40,104 bases of DNA from an uncultured bacterium. GTDB lineage: Bacteria; Auribacterota; Erginobacteria; Erginobacterales; DAOSXE01. Shown here piece by piece: positions 36,002-40,104 of the stretch. The notes under the pieces were generated by a model. That model was not told where the DNA came from and did not search any database. It worked only from the letters and a program-made list of their open reading frames with translations. The first letter of the stretch is position 1. Every line of letters begins with the position of its first letter. The stretch covers positions 1-40,104 of the forward strand of contig CAZIEA010000003.1 in the NCBI GenBank assembly GCA_964538495.1, in the 5' to 3' direction. The position numbers and the translations under genes are program-made.

Positions 36002-36619
36002 TTGATCAAGAAGCTCGCCTTTACAATCCTACTGGGGTATTTGCTCCCGGCTCTGGCCGGTTGCGGGTCGGTTCCGCCCTCGCCCCCGGCCGAACCCGAG
36101 GAGACCGTCCTTCCGCCGGCCCGGGACACCTTCGTGATCGGCTCGGGCAACATCCTCGAGATCACGGTGTTCGGGGAACCCGAGCTCTCCCTGCCGGCCC
36201 GGGTCACGGAGTCGGGATTCATTTCCTATCCTCTTCTGGGCGAGGTCAAGGTTGCGGGTTATACCCCGATGGAGTTGGAGCGGCGTCTGGAAGCGCTTTT
36301 GGGACGGGATTACCTGGTCTCTCCCCGGGTGACTGTATTTGTCCGGGAATACGGCACGATTTCGGTGCTCGGGCAGGTCAAGAAACCCGGGGCTTATCAA
36401 TACCGGGAACTCCTCTCGGTCACCGAGGCTATCGCCCTGGGCGGAGGCTTGACCGATATTGCCAAGCCCAATAGCACCCAGATCATCCGCAACGACCCGG
36501 AGACCGGAAAAACGGTGATCCGGGTCCGGATGGCCGACATTCTGGAGAAGGACGAGGGGGAAAAGGACATCCTGCTCAAACCCGGCGACATCGTTTTCGT
36601 TCCCGAAAGTTTTTTTTAG
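36002..36619 (+). CDS. wza: short outer-membrane polysaccharide export (OPX) lipoprotein, Wza-like (Poly_export + one SLBB, no C-terminal OM helix)
   Basis: Lipoprotein signal (M)IKKLAFTILLGYLLPALAGC. FVIGSGNILEITVFGEPELS...SGFISYPLLGEVKVAGYTPMELERRLEALLGRDYLVSPRVTVFVREY, then ISVLGQVKKPGAY. Only 205 aa. TTG start with no SD. Confidence 0.85.
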   Translation: MIKKLAFTILLGYLLPALAGCGSVPPSPPAEPEETVLPPARDTFVIGSGNILEITVFGEPELSLPARVTESGFISYPLLGEVKVAGYTPMELERRLEALLGRDYLVSPRVTVFVREYGTISVLGQVKKPGAYQYRELLSVTEAIALGGGLTDIAKPNSTQIIRNDPETGKTVIRVRMADILEKDEGEKDILLKPGDIVFVPESFF

Positions 36620-36635
36620 CGGCGGAGAAAAGGTT

Positions 36636-38687
36636 ATGGCCATATCGAGCGAATGGATCGGCTTGCGGGAAAAAGCCTATATCGTTCTCAAGCGCAAGTG
36701 GGTGCTCGTCACCTTCCTGGTCGTGGTCATGACCGTGGTCACGATAGCCACCTTTACCTCCACCCCGATTTACCGGGCCAGCGCCCGGATCATCATCGAG
36801 CCGCTGATGCCCAAGGTGATGCCTTTCGAGGAACTGTTCAGCATCGGCGGGCGCCAGCTCGATTATTACAACACCCAGTATAAGATCCTTACCAGCCCCT
36901 CCCTGGCGGAGAAGGTGGCTGAGGATCTGAAGGCCCGCAAGACCGCCTTGAAGCTTTCCCGAAGACAATTCGAAGACCTGACTTCCGATCGGCTTCTGGG
37001 GATGGTCAATATCAAGCCCATCGCCCAGAGCTATATGGTGGACATCCAGGTGATCGGACCCGATCCCCGCCTGGCCGCCCTGATCGCGAATTCCTGGGCC
37101 GAGCAATACAACCGGCACGAAATCGAGGCTAAGCTCGACAGCACCCGGCAGGCCTTGAGCCAGCTCGAACACCGCCTGCAGGAACAGAGCTTGAAAGTCC
37201 AGGAAGCCCAGCGAATTCTTCAGGACTACAAGGAAAAGGAAAAAATCGTCTCGCTGGAAAACCGGCAGAGCATCATCGAACGGGACCTGGCCGAGCTGAG
37301 TTCCCTTTACCTCAAGGCCCGCCAGGAGCGGACCAACAAGGAGCATGAACTAGGCCAGCTCCAGAAGTACCGGGGCGGGGACGAGTCCATCGAAGCTCTT
37401 TCGGTGATCATGCGCAATCCGATCATTCAGCGGCTCAAGAGCCAGATGGTCAGCCTGCAAGGGAGCCTTTCGGAATACTCTCAGCGCTACAAGGCCCAGC
37501 ACCCGAAAATCCAGCAGATCGAGGCCGAGATCGCCGCCTTGAGGAAAAACCTGGAGGAAGAGATCGGGAAAATCATCGAAGGGACGCGCAAGGAATACGA
37601 AATCGCCTCCGCCAACGAGGAGAAGATCGTTTCCGAGTTGGAGAGTTTGAAGGTCCTTTCCCTGGAGATGGCCCGCAAGAACATTCTTTACAGCGCGCTT
37701 TCGGACCAGGTCACCAGTTCCCGCAAGATCTACGAGGCCTTGCTGTCCCGGGTTAACGAGACCAGCATGAGCGGGCAGATCGAGGTGACCAATATCCGGG
37801 TTCTGGATTACGCCCCGGAACCCCGGCAACCCTTCAAGCCCCGCAAGGGGTTTAACCTGGCCATGGGGCTGGCGGTGGGGATCTTCGGGGGGCTCGGGCT
37901 GGTCTTTCTGCTCGAGAATCTCGACGACACCCTCAAGACCACCCAGGACGTCAAGAACCACCTCAAGCTTCCCATTCTGGGGCTGATCCCGATTTACGAG
38001 CAGATCAACGACCGTTCCCAGGATCGGCTTCCGATTCAGGAGAAACCGATGGGGGTGGTCGCGGAATCTTTTCGGGCCATCCGGACCGGGATTCAGTTTT
38101 CCGGTTCCGAAAACCCCTGCCGGGTCCTGCTGGTGACCAGTTCCGTCCCGGGGGAGGGGAAAACCGATATTGCCGCCCAACTGGCCCTGACTTTCGCCCA
38201 GTCCGGGGAAAAAGTCCTCCTGGTGGACAGCGACCTGCGCCGCCCCCGGCTGAACCGTATCTTCCCCGGCTTGGAGGACGGGCCGGGATTGAGCGAGTAC
38301 CTGCAGGGGGCCGCTGCCCTGGATGACATCTTCCGGCCGGTGGCGGAGGGGAAAATCACCCTGGTCCCCAGCGGCCGTTCCCCCGAGACCCCGGCGGAAC
38401 TCCTGAATTCGCGCCTTTTTTTGGAATTTCTCGAGCGCGCGCGCGCCGGCTGGCAGAGGATTATTCTCGATTCTCCGCCCCTGATCTCGGTGACCGATGC
38501 CGCTCTGCTGGGAAGAATGTCCGATGGGGTGCTTTTCACGGTCCGGGCCGGGGCGGTGAGCTGGAAAAAAACCATTCACGGCCGCGACCAGCTCGTGGCG
38601 GTCCAGGCCCGCATTCTCGGGGTGATCTTCAACGCCGTGGACGTCAACCGCAGCGAGTACTACCACTACTACCGCAACTACTACTGA
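36636..38687 (+). CDS. wzc: polysaccharide co-polymerase / BY-kinase (Wzc/GumC/EpsB type) with C-terminal tyrosine cluster
   Basis: Wzz-like N-terminus with TM, and a long coiled-coil periplasmic region. Walker A VTSSVPGEGKT, then VLLVDSDLRRP. Walker B IILDSPP. Tail SEYYHYYRNYY* has 6 Tyr in its last 9 residues (38658-38684). Confidence 0.9.
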   Translation: MAISSEWIGLREKAYIVLKRKWVLVTFLVVVMTVVTIATFTSTPIYRASARIIIEPLMPKVMPFEELFSIGGRQLDYYNTQYKILTSPSLAEKVAEDLKARKTALKLSRRQFEDLTSDRLLGMVNIKPIAQSYMVDIQVIGPDPRLAALIANSWAEQYNRHEIEAKLDSTRQALSQLEHRLQEQSLKVQEAQRILQDYKEKEKIVSLENRQSIIERDLAELSSLYLKARQERTNKEHELGQLQKYRGGDESIEALSVIMRNPIIQRLKSQMVSLQGSLSEYSQRYKAQHPKIQQIEAEIAALRKNLEEEIGKIIEGTRKEYEIASANEEKIVSELESLKVLSLEMARKNILYSALSDQVTSSRKIYEALLSRVNETSMSGQIEVTNIRVLDYAPEPRQPFKPRKGFNLAMGLAVGIFGGLGLVFLLENLDDTLKTTQDVKNHLKLPILGLIPIYEQINDRSQDRLPIQEKPMGVVAESFRAIRTGIQFSGSENPCRVLLVTSSVPGEGKTDIAAQLALTFAQSGEKVLLVDSDLRRPRLNRIFPGLEDGPGLSEYLQGAAALDDIFRPVAEGKITLVPSGRSPETPAELLNSRLFLEFLERARAGWQRIILDSPPLISVTDAALLGRMSDGVLFTVRAGAVSWKKTIHGRDQLVAVQARILGVIFNAVDVNRSEYYHYYRNYY

Positions 38688-38857
38688 AAAGGCTGAAGGG
38701 ACTGCCGCCGCATTTCACATGTAAGCATGTTTTGGCATAGAGCATAGAGTCACCCGGGTTTCAGGGGCGAATTGGGGTCGGGCTCGGGATCGCTATCGAG
38801 CGCGCGCAATAATCACACAAAGGCGCAGAGGCGCAAAGACGCCAAGGAAACCGATTC

Positions 38858-39043
38858 GTCCACAGATTTCCACGGATTTTTTTCTTCATGCTCTTCATGG
38901 TGTAAAAAACAGGCTGAAGACTGAAGACTGAAGGAACCGACGCACCGATTGAACCGCGAATCTCGCGAATCCGCGCCAATTCAGGCGAATGCCTACTGCT
39001 TACTGCTCACTGGTTTTCCGCCGGATTACGGATTACCGACCGG
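38858..39043 (+). repeat. second long copy of the mosaic element (A-B-C-D core near-identical to 35756-35860, divergent 3' half)
   Basis: GTCCACAGATTTCCACGGATTTTTTTCTTCATGCTCTTCATGGTGTAAAAAACAGGCTGAAGACTGAAGACTGAAGGAACCGACGCACCGATTGAACCGCGAATCTCGCGAATCC (38858-38972). Then CTACTG CTTACTG CTCACTG G (38993-39013), TTTTCC and GCCGGATTACGGATTACCGACCGG. Confidence 0.85.
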
Positions 39044-39072
39044 AAAGCCGGCTGAAGAAAAGACCGGGAATT

Positions 39073-40104
39073 ATGGAAATGACAACGACCAAGGAAAGCT
39101 CTTTCCGGGGCCGCCGGGTCCTGGTCACCGGGGGGGCCGGGGCGATCGGGAGCAACCTGGTCCGGGCCTTATCTTCTTCCGGGGCGAGCTTGGTGATCGT
39201 CCTGGATGACCTCTCCGCCTCGAAGGCCTGGAACGTGCCCTCCCTGCCCAATGTCCTCTTTGTGGAGGGCAGCGTCCTGGACGAAGAAGCGCTCCGGCGG
39301 GTTTTCCACGAGGGGATTGAGGACGTTTTCCACTTGGCCGCCTTTTTCGCCAACCAGAACTCGGTGGATTACCCCGAACGCGACCTCTCCGTCAACGGGC
39401 TGGGCATCCTCAGGGTCCTGGAATACTCGAGACTCTCCGGAATCGAGCGTTTCGTTTACGCTTCCTCCGGTTGCGCCATCTATCCGCCCGACGCCCCGCT
39501 TCCCCTTACGGAGGAAAACACCACCCTGCGCCTGGGCTCTCCCTACCAGATCACCAAGATGCTGGGCGAGCTTTACTGCAACTATTTTCACTCCCAGTAC
39601 GGGATGAAGGTTTTCAAGGCGCGCTTCTTCAACTCCTACGGCCCCGGGGAAGTGCCCGGCCGTTACCGCAACGTCATCCCCAACTTTATTTACTGGGCCC
39701 TGCGCGGGGAGCCATTGCCAATTACCGGCAGCGGCGCGGAGACGCGCGACTTCACCTTTGTCGGGGACATTGTGGCGGGGATGATGAAGGCGGCGGAGAC
39801 CTCCTCGGCGGCGGGGGAATCCTTCAACCTCGGCGCGGGAACCGAAACCAGGGTGATCGACCTGGCCGAAATGATTAACCGCAAGACCGGAAACCGCGCC
39901 GGGGTGCGCCACATCCCCCGGCGGCGCTGGGACCACAAGGACCGCTTGCTTGCCTCCACCGCCAAGGCCGAAAAGCTCTTCGGCTACCGGCCCCAAACCG
40001 GGTTCGAGGCGGGGCTCGACGCCGTCATTGCCTGGTTTCGGGAAAACTGGAACCGGATCGAGGAAGCGGCCGACTTTCCCCCCGGCCTCTCCCCCGCCCT
40101 CAAC
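39073..40104 (+). CDS. NAD-dependent epimerase/dehydratase (extended SDR; UDP-sugar epimerase / decarboxylase type), 3' end off-window
   Basis: The frame is open from the ATG at 39073 to the window end (344 codons), so it is absent from the stop-delimited ORF track. Rossmann motif VLVTGGAGAIGSNL. YASSGCAIY. Catalytic YxxxK in SPYQITKMLGE. NSYGPGE. Confidence 0.85.
   Translation, partial: MEMTTTKESSFRGRRVLVTGGAGAIGSNLVRALSSSGASLVIVLDDLSASKAWNVPSLPNVLFVEGSVLDEEALRRVFHEGIEDVFHLAAFFANQNSVDYPERDLSVNGLGILRVLEYSRLSGIERFVYASSGCAIYPPDAPLPLTEENTTLRLGSPYQITKMLGELYCNYFHSQYGMKVFKARFFNSYGPGEVPGRYRNVIPNFIYWALRGEPLPITGSGAETRDFTFVGDIVAGMMKAAETSSAAGESFNLGAGTETRVIDLAEMINRKTGNRAGVRHIPRRRWDHKDRLLASTAKAEKLFGYRPQTGFEAGLDAVIAWFRENWNRIEEAADFPPGLSPALN

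Overview
High-GC bacterial (diderm) cell-envelope glycan locus with about 27 protein genes. I found no rRNA, tRNA, CRISPR array, transposase or integrase.

**Left arm (+ strand).** 1531-9513 reads as one translationally coupled operon: GT-C-like membrane protein > GT2 with TM anchor > SPASM radical SAM > B12 radical SAM > YfhO. After it come:
- a divergent MBOAT / SGNH-TPR-discoidin O-acylation pair
- a second B12 radical SAM
- a secreted ankyrin protein
- a GHMP sugar kinase
- a second GT2 > SPASM radical SAM pair
- a TMTC/PMT-like membrane protein

**Centre (- strand, 20460-30956).** The triad [GT-C membrane protein > 198-aa membrane-anchored discoidin protein > secreted sulfatase-fold protein] occurs twice in tandem. 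The run ends in a low-GC, frameshifted sulfatase-TPR gene followed by a relic discoidin 3' end.

**Right arm (+ strand).** A third YfhO, then an export module (lipoprotein, OM beta-barrel, short Wza-type OPX, Wzc BY-kinase), then a 3'-truncated SDR epimerase/dehydratase.

**Most unusual signals.**
1. Eight of the nine spacers longer than 150 nt are built from one shared vocabulary of 7- and 9-nt tandem words. The words recur in a similar order, forming a modular mosaic element of about 190-245 nt. Two copies share a near-identical core of about 105-115 nt, and one word block lies inside a YfhO coding sequence.
2. The GT-C / discoidin / Thr-type sulfatase-fold triad.
3. Four radical SAM enzymes sit inside what looks like an extracytoplasmic, polyprenyl-phosphate-sugar-dependent glycosylation pathway.

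All family calls come from motifs read by eye. No database search was run.
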